DNA from: Eledone cirrhosa
Lineage: Eukaryota
Length of the DNA stretch: 64,000 nucleotides
Direction: 5' to 3'
Assembly (NCBI GenBank): GCA_964016885.1
Contig: OZ024744.1
Span: 97,216,001 to 97,280,000, forward strand
Shown here: positions 63,664-64,000 of the stretch, one piece after another
Numbering within the stretch: the stretch's first letter is position 1
Layout: each line of letters begins with the position of its first letter
Program-made: the position numbers and the translations under genes
Notes under the pieces: generated by a model
What the model saw: only the letters and a program-made list of their open reading frames with translations
Told to the model about the DNA's origin: nothing
Databases searched by the model: none

Positions 63664-64000
63664 CACCACCACCACAATCACCACCACCACTACTACCACC
63701 ACCACCACAATTACCACCACCGACAACAACACAGCTACCACCATAATCACCACCACCACCACCACTACTACCGTCACCATCACAATTACCACCACCGACA
63801 ACAACACAGCTACCACCACAATCACCACCACCACCACTACTACCACCACCACCACAATTACCACCACCGACAACAACACAGCTACCACCATAATCACCAC
63901 CACCACCACCACTACTACCGTCACCATCACAATTACCACCACCGACAACAACACAGCTACCACCACAATCACCACCACCACCACCACCACCACTACTACC
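63664..64000. repeat. (ACC)n-derived minisatellite with higher-order units
   Basis: Repeats of ACAATTACCACCACCGACAACAACACAGCTACCACC; runs off the window edge. Confidence 0.9.

Noticed and set aside
63511-63993. 160-aa Val-rich ORF
   Set aside because: Translation of the (GGT)n minisatellite running into a SINE

Overview
Eukaryotic, repeat-dominated DNA with no recognisable host protein-coding gene. The SINE family and microsatellite load suggest a cephalopod (octopus-like) genome, which is an inference. The core (~7.4-42.6 kb) is an almost gap-free stack of non-LTR retrotransposons separated by short (ATT)n tracts. Five Tx1/L1-type elements (zinc-knuckle ORF1 plus APE-RT ORF2) lie on +, and three R4/Dong-type elements (RT-CCHC-RLE) lie on -, one with an intact 1130-aa ORF. 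The flanks hold satellites, Penelope-like element (PLE) remnants, SINEs, a DD37D Tc1/mariner remnant and a Helitron-like fragment. They also contain many minimal hammerhead-ribozyme (HHR) motifs, several at or near the centre of fold-back palindromes. Most notable: (1) two unrelated endonuclease lineages stacked in one ATT microsatellite with strict opposite orientation; (2) a GT..AG micro-intron candidate at each intact Tx1 ORF1/ORF2 junction that would fuse the ORFs in frame; (3) ORF1 swapping on a shared ORF2; (4) HHR-bearing palindromes. Element boundaries were read by eye and are approximate.
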